Shown in pieces: positions 46,076-54,495 of a stretch of 64,000 bases of DNA. The notes beneath the pieces were generated by a model. The model ran no database searches, was not told where the DNA came from, and saw nothing but the letters and a program-made list of their open reading frames with translations. The DNA is from Candidatus Hermodarchaeota archaeon (GTDB lineage Archaea; Asgardarchaeota; Hermodarchaeia; Hermodarchaeales; Hermodarchaeaceae), in assembly GCA_016839365.1 (NCBI GenBank), contig JAEOUH010000070.1, positions 4,166-68,165 on the forward strand. Direction: 5' to 3'. Numbering within the stretch: position 1 is the first letter of the stretch; every line of letters begins with the position of its first letter. The position numbers and the translations under genes were made by a program.

Positions 46076-46825
46076 TTATTTTGATTTTGGCTTCGCCCGA
46101 GTAAACATCATTAAACCGATGAAAGTCAGTAGAAGTCCAACGAAACCGAGTGCAAGGATTCCCAACATGAAAGGGGCAACGAAGAACACTAAGGCCATAC
46201 CCATAGCTGCGATTGTCCATAGGAGAAGTCCGACTAGAGCTATCAAGTTTCCAGTCTTCATACCGCCTTCTTGTTGTGAGATCACGCGATAGGAATGAAT
46301 GAAGGGTATTATGAATAAATAGAGAACTGCGAGTATCGCACCATAGATTACCACAATCCAGGGCATAGCTAGCCAGCTAAGAAGTCCGTCAGACACGACG
46401 AAAGCAGTAGTGGGCGTGGTGAAAAACCAAAGGACTGCAAGAAATGAAAGGGTCGCAAGAAGAAACAGATACTTAATCCATGCAGGCGCACTAATAGATT
46501 TCGAACTGAACGCGAAGAAAACTAGGAAGAAGCCGTAGAGTGCAACACAGGACCAGGCTCCAAGATAATATGGGAGCAGTTGATCCGCTGTAGCGGCTGC
46601 CGGAAGCAGATAGATCATTGCGGCTAGGATTGCATAAGTTCCTACAAGAAAGAAAATAACAAGGAAACTGAGCCAATGATACTCAAGATTTTTTTCCTTA
46701 GTAATTGGTGAACTAAATGACAGGAGTGCTAATATAAGCACCACAATCAGAGATGCAATTATCATGGCGAAGTGAATTGGTGTTTCAAGAATGTACATCA
46801 TTCCAGAGAAACCCTCCGCGCACAC
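46076..46825 (-). CDS. 7-TM membrane protein, tandem paralog A
   Basis: 249 aa, seven helices. (V)CAEGFSGMMYILETPIHF, LLPYYL, TPTTAFVVSDGLLSWLAMP. GTG start. Confidence 0.65.
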   Translation of the reverse strand: MCAEGFSGMMYILETPIHFAMIIASLIVVLILALLSFSSPITKEKNLEYHWLSFLVIFFLVGTYAILAAMIYLLPAAATADQLLPYYLGAWSCVALYGFFLVFFAFSSKSISAPAWIKYLFLLATLSFLAVLWFFTTPTTAFVVSDGLLSWLAMPWIVVIYGAILAVLYLFIIPFIHSYRVISQQEGGMKTGNLIALVGLLLWTIAAMGMALVFFVAPFMLGILALGFVGLLLTFIGLMMFTRAKPKSK

Positions 46826-46930
46826 ATCCGCTACTAACTGCTTATAAGTGGTCGCTTTTCATACTCGTAAGTTGACAAATTTTCCACCCTCGATACTCTC
46901 CCCACTATTCAGCTGCACCTCGAACCTAGC

Positions 46931-46964
46931 TTTTTTCCGATTCCACGGCATTTTCCGGAAAAAA
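46931..46964. repeat. 9-bp inverted repeat TTTTTTCCG-N16-CGGAAAAAA upstream of 7-TM paralog A
   Basis: Perfect arms at 46931-46939 and 46956-46964. TATA-like TTTTAAAT (46988-46995) and CTTATAAAAG (47006-47015) lie just beyond it. Confidence 0.5.
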
Positions 46965-47279
46965 CGTGCAGAAGAAAAAGGAAAGCATTTTAAATTCGGT
47001 ACACCCTTATAAAAGCTGGATAACGGGAGTTCCCCGAGGTGGAATAGAGCACAATAACTTCGCTTACACGATGAGTAAGCCATCTATCCAATCATCACTT
47101 CCACGTTCTTCGGGATGCCAGTTTCCACACACAAGATATTAAACGAGGTAAAACCAAAACATTACAGCGACAGGATGGGGTTTCCTTTCCCTGTGTCTTT
47201 CATTCCCCTCTCCCCCTCTCCTCCTTTATGTCCTCGTTATGGACGCCCCGTCCCGCTATAGGGTGGCGCACTCTTTTGC

Positions 47280-47337
47280 GTCACCTTTTACTCTTTGAGA
47301 AAATGTAATGTGTCGTTTTTTGTCACCTTTTATTCTT
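47280..47337 (+). repeat. direct repeat GTCACCTTTTAYTCTT x2 (47280-47295, 47322-47337)
   Basis: 15 of 16 nt identical, 42 nt apart, in the gene-free spacer. Preceded by a polypyrimidine tract (47200-47227) and a GC hairpin (47251-47276). Confidence 0.5.
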
Positions 47338-47561
47338 GTCCAATCAAGACGAAGTCACACACTCGTCATGGTGATAACTTTATGACTCATCCACCTAAAG
47401 ACAAAGAACCTTATCCAGTCTAAACCACCCGTAAACATATCTTGTGAAACCTAACGGATTTCATTGAACCGCTCTAGGACACCATAGGCTAGAAGATTAG
47501 TTCTCAACATACTTGAAGGCCCAAAACAAGAATTTTCATTGGCACTACTTTTGCCAATCTA

Positions 47562-47627
47562 TTTGAAATACACTCAATCGTGTTTGAAATGTCAAAAATT
47601 GAAATTAGTTCTGGTGAGATTTTGAAG
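47562..47627 (+). promoter_or_regulatory. array of four TTTGAAAT-like motifs upstream of the 47794 gene
   Basis: TTTGAAAT at 47562 and 47583, (A)TTGAAAT at 47598, TTTGAAG at 47621. Spacings 21, 15 and 23 nt. Confidence 0.3.
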
Positions 47628-47793
47628 CATTTCCTGTAATGTGACCCAAAAAGCGACAAATCAAGTGGTATTCGTGTTATCTAACACCATCCACAAGGGG
47701 ACCGAAGTGAAAGTGGTAGTTGAAGAAAACGAGTTTAAAGACTAAGTATGGGGCACTTGGTGTATATGCCTTCTTAAAATCAAAGGTGATTGA

Positions 47794-48174
47794 ATGATTG
47801 AAGATGTACAGATAATCCTCTCAGCACTATGGATAGCTCTGATGTTTACCTATTTGTTGGGTGATGTATTACGTATCTTTAGCGGTGATTTTGTACCTGG
47901 CGAAATGGCTGGAACGAAAGCGTCGCAGAGAACATGGTTGTTAGCCGCATTACTAATGCTGATTCCCATTGTAATGCTCTTCTTGTCGTTGGTAGTGCCA
48001 AATCCGTGGATTGGCTGGTTAAATATCGTCTTAGCCGTACTGCTCTTGATAGTCAATCTAGTGGGTGTCCGTTCATATCCCGGATATTATGATCGATTCC
48101 TCATAATTGTGGGTTGTGTGTTCAATATTTTCACAGTTTGGTATGCATGGCAATGGTTATTCGGATTGATCTAA
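47794..48174 (+). CDS. small 4-TM membrane protein, hypothetical
   Basis: 126 aa. LSALWIALMFTYLLGDVLRIF opening helix. AGGTGAT SD 5 nt upstream of the ATG. Confidence 0.5.
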   Translation: MIEDVQIILSALWIALMFTYLLGDVLRIFSGDFVPGEMAGTKASQRTWLLAALLMLIPIVMLFLSLVVPNPWIGWLNIVLAVLLLIVNLVGVRSYPGYYDRFLIIVGCVFNIFTVWYAWQWLFGLI

Positions 48175-48243
48175 TGATCCTGCCTTTGTGTGGAAGCCTT
48201 TTGCCAACCCTTTTAAGTTGTTAAGACAGGCTACAGAGGTTAG

Positions 48244-48633
48244 GTGACCTTCCCAATGAAAGTTATCGGTGAAGGCCTGATCAGCTTGAATAAGAGTGCT
48301 GAAGGTGTACTTCGGGAAATCAAATCCATCCAAGATGTATTAACACTGCTCAAAGAATTCAAGGCTGATGAAGAGAAGGGAACCGTGAAAGAGACCATCG
48401 TCTTGGTTGAAGATGCAGGAACCACCACGTTAGCGCCAGTACTTTCACGCCTTAAAGGCGTCATATGCACCTCAGGCGCTTTAGGGTCCCATTTAGCAAT
48501 TGTAACCCGAGAATTTGGCATTCCAGCTCTCATGGGGACCAATCTTGATTATGATGGTGAACTCGCGAATCAACGGGTTCGCATCGAACCACGTGAAGGA
48601 ACCTCAGGGATTTTACTTCTCTCAGAGATTTAG
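48244..48633 (+). CDS. stand-alone PEP-utilising-enzyme mobile (phosphohistidine swivel) domain protein
   Basis: VLVEDAGTTTLAPVLSRLKGVICTSGALGSHLAIVTREFGIPALMGT matches the swivel-domain consensus G..(T/S)H.AI.ARE.GIP, including the catalytic His. The ATG at 48256 is an alternative start. Confidence 0.8.
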   Translation: MTFPMKVIGEGLISLNKSAEGVLREIKSIQDVLTLLKEFKADEEKGTVKETIVLVEDAGTTTLAPVLSRLKGVICTSGALGSHLAIVTREFGIPALMGTNLDYDGELANQRVRIEPREGTSGILLLSEI

Positions 48634-48655
48634 AAATCGGGAGTATGAAGCTTCG

Positions 48656-49615
48656 ATGATACGCTCTCTTCGGGACGTACTTCCTGAGCACCTCGGCGAT
48701 TATGGGGGCAAAGCTGTCAACCTCGCCCGACTTCAAAAAATCGGCATCCGAGTCCCCGAGGGTATCGTTGTTCCGACCCAGGAATTCAGCCGTTTCTTGA
48801 ATCAGTGTCAGCATTTAGAGACCTTAAAAATCCTCCAACAAGAGGAAACCGATATCGAGGCTATTCTGGAGCTTGCAGAAGAATTCTACCAAGACGCAAA
48901 CAAGTTTGAGATTCCACCAGAAGTTGCACGAGACATTAACCATGGGTTTGATTCACTCCGGGGCAATAAACCCGTTCCACACCAAAGCTACGCAGTTCGC
49001 TCTTCCGCCACCATTGAGGATACTGTCCAGTTTTCCTTTGCTGGTCAAGCTGAAACCTTTCTCTGTGTCTCAGATATCTCTTCTATTCTCGACGCTATCA
49101 AATCAACATGGCTTTCCATCTTTTCTCCGCGATCTCTACTCTATCTCCAGGGGAAGGGAATTCCCCTTCGTCAAGTACGGATGGGTGTCATAATTCAAGA
49201 AATGGTTCTCGGAGATGTTTCAGGAGTCATGTTTACTGCGAATGCTAGTTCAGGAGACATAGCTCAACTTGTGATCGATGCTACTTGGGGGTTAGGGGAA
49301 AGCATCGTGGCAGGAAAAGTGACGCCTGACCATTTCGTACTTCAAAAAATGCCTCTCGCTGTGGTTCATTCACATCTTGGGACCAAAGCTGTATACAGCG
49401 CACCCTCTCCAAAGGATCAGCCTAATTGTACGGTTTTGCTAGAAACTCCTGTAGAAAAACGCGGGACTTACTGTTTAACTGAAAAACAGCTTCGAGAACT
49501 GGCCCAATTGGGGTTACTAATCGAAGAGCACTTTGGAGCCCCGCAAGATATCGAATGGACCTACCAGCATGGACAGTTCGTGGTTTTACAAACACGACCC
49601 ATTACGACCCTTTAA
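48656..49615 (+). CDS. PEP synthase / pyruvate phosphate dikinase N-terminal ATP-grasp (nucleotide-binding) domain protein
   Basis: GGKAVNLARL...GIRVPEGIVV, YAVRSSATIED...SFAGQ.ETFL, MGVIIQEMV..DVSGVMFT, IDATWGLGESIVAG.VTPD, QDIEWTY..GQFVVLQTRPIT. Start taken at the ATG at 48656, after GGGAG. Confidence 0.85.
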   Translation: MIRSLRDVLPEHLGDYGGKAVNLARLQKIGIRVPEGIVVPTQEFSRFLNQCQHLETLKILQQEETDIEAILELAEEFYQDANKFEIPPEVARDINHGFDSLRGNKPVPHQSYAVRSSATIEDTVQFSFAGQAETFLCVSDISSILDAIKSTWLSIFSPRSLLYLQGKGIPLRQVRMGVIIQEMVLGDVSGVMFTANASSGDIAQLVIDATWGLGESIVAGKVTPDHFVLQKMPLAVVHSHLGTKAVYSAPSPKDQPNCTVLLETPVEKRGTYCLTEKQLRELAQLGLLIEEHFGAPQDIEWTYQHGQFVVLQTRPITTL

Positions 49616-49749
49616 CAAACAGAAATTGGATACGTTCGATCATTCAACGAAGGCCATTCATGGGTTTCATGTTCGGCATTAACTTAGTCGTTTATGTGAC
49701 GCTTAAATGGAGGAAGCCTTTATTGTACCTTTCAACGAGTTGAACAATT

Positions 49750-50916
49750 ATGATCGGCGATATCAGCACACAAGATGCTAATAACCTGCTTCGACGGGCG
49801 AGCCAAGCCAGCACCTACCTGCTCTCACAACGCACAGCTCTCGAGTCAAAGCTCTTTCCAGTAACTGCCTACAACAGCGTCGCTTGCGCCCAAATCTACC
49901 GAGGATACCAGTACAATCTTTTCAAACAACTAGCCAACAAAATTACCCCCGAAGAAATTGGTGCGCAGTGTCGCACACTAGCTGCATATCCAAATGTGTT
50001 GGGTATGTGGGCGTTCATCGGGCTTTGGGGGCTTGGGCGGATGCAAGACCTCTTCGATGGAGGCGGTCCTGAACATGAATCAGTTGATAGGCGAAAGGAA
50101 GCAAAGTTTCTCATTGATTTCTGGTACCGCATGGCCACTAGCTATTATGCAAGTGATCGACCCTTGGCTGCTGAAAATAATGATTCAACCCTTGTGTTAC
50201 CTGACACTATTCTTGAAAGGGTGAAACAGGAACTCCAACCGATTACTCCGGATCAACGAAACGAACTCAAACGCACTATGGCGCAGTTGTACCTCGCTGA
50301 ATTTCTTTCCTACTGCGAATGTAGAGCCAGCATCCACGAAATGGGCCCCTACCCTCTCAATGACAACGAATACCTCATTTTTCGCGAGTTTTCACCCCTT
50401 TATGATGGAACACGCCTGATTTGGGACTGGCATGACACGAAAGCAAAATCTCCGATTCCCAATCTCTCTGTCGCGTTGATTGTTAAAGACATGGAGGAAC
50501 TGGTGTTCACCGATTTTGCCACACTCTTTCCCAAACCCGAAGAATATTCTGACCACATCACACAATTTGCCCTGTTCACACGTTACGGCAACAAAATCGA
50601 AACCACTCCATTTACCGTGTTGAACGACTTGGAAAAATTTGCGACAGAGGTTCAAACAGAACTCTATTTGGAATTCGCTGAATGGGATGATGTCAAACGC
50701 CTCAAAGCTGGCTCTTCGGTCTTCTTGAAATGGTTCTATATCTTCACCGATATGGGAAATATCACTGATCAGGTGACGATGGGCTTATCTGAAGACATCG
50801 TTGGAGATTACCTCCAAAGAATGCTCAAAGCCATGGGTCACCCAGCTTGGGCACGTTTGTTCCGTGATAAAAACGAATGTGACAAAGATCCAACCTTCTA
50901 CGAACTCTTTGACTAG
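49750..50916 (+). CDS. uncharacterised 388-aa soluble protein in the dikinase cluster
   Basis: Long clean ORF, no motif recognised. The stop directly abuts the next start. Confidence 0.5.
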   Translation: MIGDISTQDANNLLRRASQASTYLLSQRTALESKLFPVTAYNSVACAQIYRGYQYNLFKQLANKITPEEIGAQCRTLAAYPNVLGMWAFIGLWGLGRMQDLFDGGGPEHESVDRRKEAKFLIDFWYRMATSYYASDRPLAAENNDSTLVLPDTILERVKQELQPITPDQRNELKRTMAQLYLAEFLSYCECRASIHEMGPYPLNDNEYLIFREFSPLYDGTRLIWDWHDTKAKSPIPNLSVALIVKDMEELVFTDFATLFPKPEEYSDHITQFALFTRYGNKIETTPFTVLNDLEKFATEVQTELYLEFAEWDDVKRLKAGSSVFLKWFYIFTDMGNITDQVTMGLSEDIVGDYLQRMLKAMGHPAWARLFRDKNECDKDPTFYELFD

Positions 50917-51831
50917 TTGGTGACACCGTTTATGTCATATGAAGTGTCTCCTATCCATGAGCAATTTCATGACCCCTCTTCTGTATCTGATTGGAAGGAG
51001 TCCTACTATTTCCAATTCTACGATCCACAGATCAAACTCGCGGCATTCTTCTATATTTCCGCATATCCTAATATTCCCAAACGTGACTACCTCGTGGCCT
51101 ATCTTGCTGATGGTGACGTTGATATCTACCTAAACACGGAACCAACACCGGGAAAACTCGAAGCTCTCAGTGATGGTAAACTCCGATTTGAGCTCATTCA
51201 ACCACACGAGCTCTGGAAAATCCACTTCAACGATGGAAAACGATTCGCTCAACTGGAGTTCACTGGTCGCTTCGACCCATTTGCATACGATGCTAGACAA
51301 GCGTATCAACAGGGAGTGCTCGAACAGGAACACTATGAGCAAGGCTGCTTCGTCGAAGGAACTATTCGGCTAGCTAGTGGCAAAGAACTTCAGATTGACT
51401 GTTATGGTCATCGCGACCACTCATGGGGACTCCGTGATTACGCCGCTATCAATGAATGGAGCTGGATTGCCGCCCAATTCCCCTGGTGTACGATTAACAT
51501 CATTAAACTGCACATCGGTGCTAACTACGAAACCGCCGGGTTCCTTTCAAGCCTGGTTGGAAACCAGCACCTAACCGATATCACATTCAAAACTCATTTT
51601 GATACTGATAAGATAACACCTCTCGGTTTTACAGTTCAGTTCACTGACGAACAACATAAGGAATGGCAGCTATCGTCCACAAAATTACAGACCATGATGT
51701 ATCCACCACGTCAATCTAAGCCAGGACGAGAAACAAATATCTACGAAATTGTCTCAGAGTTCACTCTCCATGATGATCCAGGAAAAGGCTACGGAATTGC
51801 AGAATACCTCATAAGTCGGGAAACTAAGTAA
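50917..51831 (+). CDS. uncharacterised beta-rich protein, possibly AttH/CrtC-like (lipocalin-like hydratase superfamily)
   Basis: W.ESYYFQF near the N-terminus and GHRDHSWGLRDY..I..WSW motif, which I recall from AttH/CrtC-like and related DUF families. Assignment is tentative. TTG at 50917 or ATG at 50932. Confidence 0.45.
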   Translation: MVTPFMSYEVSPIHEQFHDPSSVSDWKESYYFQFYDPQIKLAAFFYISAYPNIPKRDYLVAYLADGDVDIYLNTEPTPGKLEALSDGKLRFELIQPHELWKIHFNDGKRFAQLEFTGRFDPFAYDARQAYQQGVLEQEHYEQGCFVEGTIRLASGKELQIDCYGHRDHSWGLRDYAAINEWSWIAAQFPWCTINIIKLHIGANYETAGFLSSLVGNQHLTDITFKTHFDTDKITPLGFTVQFTDEQHKEWQLSSTKLQTMMYPPRQSKPGRETNIYEIVSEFTLHDDPGKGYGIAEYLISRETK

Positions 51832-51858
51832 TTCTGGCTGACGCATTTGGGGAAGAAA

Positions 51859-53565
51859 TTATGGTCGGCGAAGGTACCATATGGAAAAGATTACAACTAC
51901 CGTTATTATGATGGTTGAGGTCACAATTATGATAAGCATCGTTGGTGATACAGGTAGTATAGGAATAATGAAATATCCTGAAGTGGGAAGAAGCGTCTGT
52001 CGTTGGGCATAATCGTTAACGGTGAAATAGTACGCAATCTTAGATCCTATCATTCGATCAGCATTTATCTCTCCTTGATAGGATGTTGAAGTGAGACGGG
52101 TTAAGAGCTGAGTGTTCCAGGTTCCTGTATCTCCGATTCGATAATGGAATTCAATACGTTCGATAGCGTCATCATCTGATGCCTGAATGTCGATGCTGAA
52201 AGGTGTTTGTGTTAGGATGAAAGCTGGCGATGTATGATTGATTGATGGCGCTAAAAGATCCTGCCTGGCAAAGTAGATATCTTGGTCGGGTCCTCGTCCA
52301 TCCGTCCAAACGATGTAGAGTCGACCATCGGGACCGGAGCGCAATGTGAAGTAGTCACCAGGTCGTGTGTATGAAAATGGGGTGCCTTCACTCGTGATTT
52401 TAATATCATTAGAGAATGTGGCTCCTCCATCAGTTGAGTAACTGTAGAAGATATTCCATTCACCTAAACTACCATCTAACCAGGCAACATGAATATTATC
52501 TTCGGGGTCGATGTGCATCTCAACCATTCGTTGCATATTCGTGCTGTTATCATTGACTTGTATTGGTGTGGACCAAGAGAAGCCACCATCTGTTGATTTG
52601 GTCACATAGATTTCATGATCAGTAATGGAGCCTGCGGAAAAACAAATGTAAACATCATTATTGCTATCAGTGGCACATACAGTGATTAATGAAATGCTCG
52701 GGTAACCCCATGTGCTCACTCGAGTAGGCGTTGTCCAAGTATTGCCTAAATCAATTGATTTTGAAATATAGATCATATCTGGGTAAGCTTCACTTGAGTC
52801 CCATGTTGTCATATAGAGAGTGTCATTTGTTGAACAGGTGATATAGGGAATACCACCGCGTTCTTCCCATGGGCCAAGTGTGATAGTGGGATCAAAAGAA
52901 GTGCCACCATTCGTTGACTTTGTAAAGGTCAGATAGGCTGTACCGCCATTGGGGTAATTTTCAAAAAAATCCCAGACTAAATAGAGATTCCCATTGGTAT
53001 CGACACACATGGTTTCTTTGTCATCAAGTCCTGCGGGCGTATCACTAGCTTGTGTTGGTGGTTGCCATGTCAAACCACCATCAAGCGTTTTAGCGACGCC
53101 CATACCCTCTGAAGTACCTCCATATTCAAGGAAGGCAAAATAGGCATTATCGGTATGGTCTTTTACAAGCCAGGGATCGGATTGCGAACCGCCACCCAAT
53201 GTAGCCATAAGAGTGTTGTTGATGAATGAATAACCATCATCTTCTGAATATGCGAAGCCTACTCGAAGTCCTGGTCCGGTCGGAGTGGCGGCTTCTTTCC
53301 ACCCTATAAGGATGCGACCATTACTAAGAATCGTTAATGTGGGTTCCACTTGTTCAGGATAACCTGAATTACCAGTATTGACACGGCGGTTTTGACCAAA
53401 CCTAACATCTGTTGCCTGAAATTGAAAATGTCCTGATTTAGTTGGTGCATGTGATATTAGGGAGAGTTTCTGATATGAGGATGAAACAAATGGAGATAGG
53501 AGAAGCTGGATACATAATAAAATGGTGAAAAGAGCGATTCCTGAAGAACGGAATACTGTCTTCAT
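51859..53565 (-). CDS. secreted, C-terminally membrane-anchored BNR/Asp-box beta-propeller protein (sialidase/glycosidase-like)
   Basis: Signal peptide. Six Asp-box-like motifs (SEDDGYSF, TLDGGLTW, STNGGTSF, SIDLGNTW, STDGGFSW, STDGGATF). C-terminal TM plus RRP. Confidence 0.8.
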   Translation of the reverse strand: MKTVFRSSGIALFTILLCIQLLLSPFVSSSYQKLSLISHAPTKSGHFQFQATDVRFGQNRRVNTGNSGYPEQVEPTLTILSNGRILIGWKEAATPTGPGLRVGFAYSEDDGYSFINNTLMATLGGGSQSDPWLVKDHTDNAYFAFLEYGGTSEGMGVAKTLDGGLTWQPPTQASDTPAGLDDKETMCVDTNGNLYLVWDFFENYPNGGTAYLTFTKSTNGGTSFDPTITLGPWEERGGIPYITCSTNDTLYMTTWDSSEAYPDMIYISKSIDLGNTWTTPTRVSTWGYPSISLITVCATDSNNDVYICFSAGSITDHEIYVTKSTDGGFSWSTPIQVNDNSTNMQRMVEMHIDPEDNIHVAWLDGSLGEWNIFYSYSTDGGATFSNDIKITSEGTPFSYTRPGDYFTLRSGPDGRLYIVWTDGRGPDQDIYFARQDLLAPSINHTSPAFILTQTPFSIDIQASDDDAIERIEFHYRIGDTGTWNTQLLTRLTSTSYQGEINADRMIGSKIAYYFTVNDYAQRQTLLPTSGYFIIPILPVSPTMLIIIVTSTIIITVVVIFSIWYLRRP

Positions 53566-53673
53566 GGGAGGTAGTAGTATAGAAGCAGTAATAAAAGTTT
53601 CAACAATTAGGCATTCTCTGCTTCAAACCTTATATCTAGTAAGAATAAAGCTAAGCCATGAAATGCTTTAGAC

Positions 53674-53850
53674 TCACTCAAGAACAATCGCGTCTTCTGA
53701 ACAATTTTCGACACAACTTTCACATTCTGCGCATGCGTCTGGGTCCGTGACCTTGGACTTGTTGTCTTCGAGGGTGAAGCATTCGCTTGGGCAGACGTCA
53801 ACGCAGGTTCCGCAACCAGTGCATTTTGTTTCATCTACTTTTGGTGGCAT
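53674..53850 (-). CDS. 2x[4Fe-4S] ferredoxin
   Basis: CTGCGTCVDVCP and CAECESCVENC. The ATG at 53850 is preceded by GGAGAG. Confidence 0.85.
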   Translation of the reverse strand: MPPKVDETKCTGCGTCVDVCPSECFTLEDNKSKVTDPDACAECESCVENCSEDAIVLE

Positions 53851-54038
53851 GTGATGTATCTCTCCTTTGAGGAGCTCTACGCCTAACATTATAAGCGAGA
53901 TTATCTCCACAGGATGGTAGGTGTTTTTTAACCTTTACACTCGGTCAAAGTTTCATCCTGTGCGCCCATATCGCAAGCATAATAAGTGTAAGCACTGATT
54001 CCTGTCTACTCTCTTTCTTGGTTATTGGAGATGATTTG

Positions 54039-54434
54039 ATGCCCTCGAAAAAAACTCGGGTGTTCACCCAAGATGCTCCTTCGCCAGTGGGACCGTATAG
54101 TCAAGCAATCCACGCAGGCGATTTTTTGTTTGTGGCTGGGCAGGTTCCCGTGAATCCCAAAACTGGTGACTTCGTCACTGGGTCAATTGGTAATCAAACC
54201 CGGCAATGTATGGAGAATTTGAAGACTATTTTAAATGCCGCAGGCGCAAGTCTTGCGGATGTGGTGCGGTCTACGATTTATTTGACGAACATGCAGGATT
54301 TCGGCGAAGTTAATGATGCCTATGGAAATTACTTCGACCTGGATCCCCCAGCTCGTACCACAATTGGTGTCGCTACCCTCCCGAAGGGTGTGGCTATCGA
54401 AATTGATGTTATCGCGTACGTGCCCTCGAAATAG
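54039..54434 (+). CDS. RidA/YjgF/TdcF family reactive-intermediate deaminase
   Basis: APSPVGPYSQAI..G...FVAGQ.P, VRSTIYLT.M.DF..VN..Y, PARTTIGVA.LP.G..IEI. Confidence 0.9.
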   Translation: MPSKKTRVFTQDAPSPVGPYSQAIHAGDFLFVAGQVPVNPKTGDFVTGSIGNQTRQCMENLKTILNAAGASLADVVRSTIYLTNMQDFGEVNDAYGNYFDLDPPARTTIGVATLPKGVAIEIDVIAYVPSK

Positions 54435-54495
54435 CGACATATGGACTTGGCTTAAAGGTGTAAATTTAAATCACAAGGGTTGGGCATGCTATAGC

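Noticed and set aside
44346-46825. 7-TM paralogs as microbial rhodopsins, heliorhodopsins or schizorhodopsins
   Set aside because: None of the three has a Lys within the seventh helix for a retinal Schiff base, and the typical rhodopsin TM3 motifs are not visible.
46859-47083. 74-aa minus-strand ORF in the long spacer
   Set aside because: It has no SD, spans the inverted repeat and the TATA-like boxes, and shows no motif. I treat the region as non-coding.
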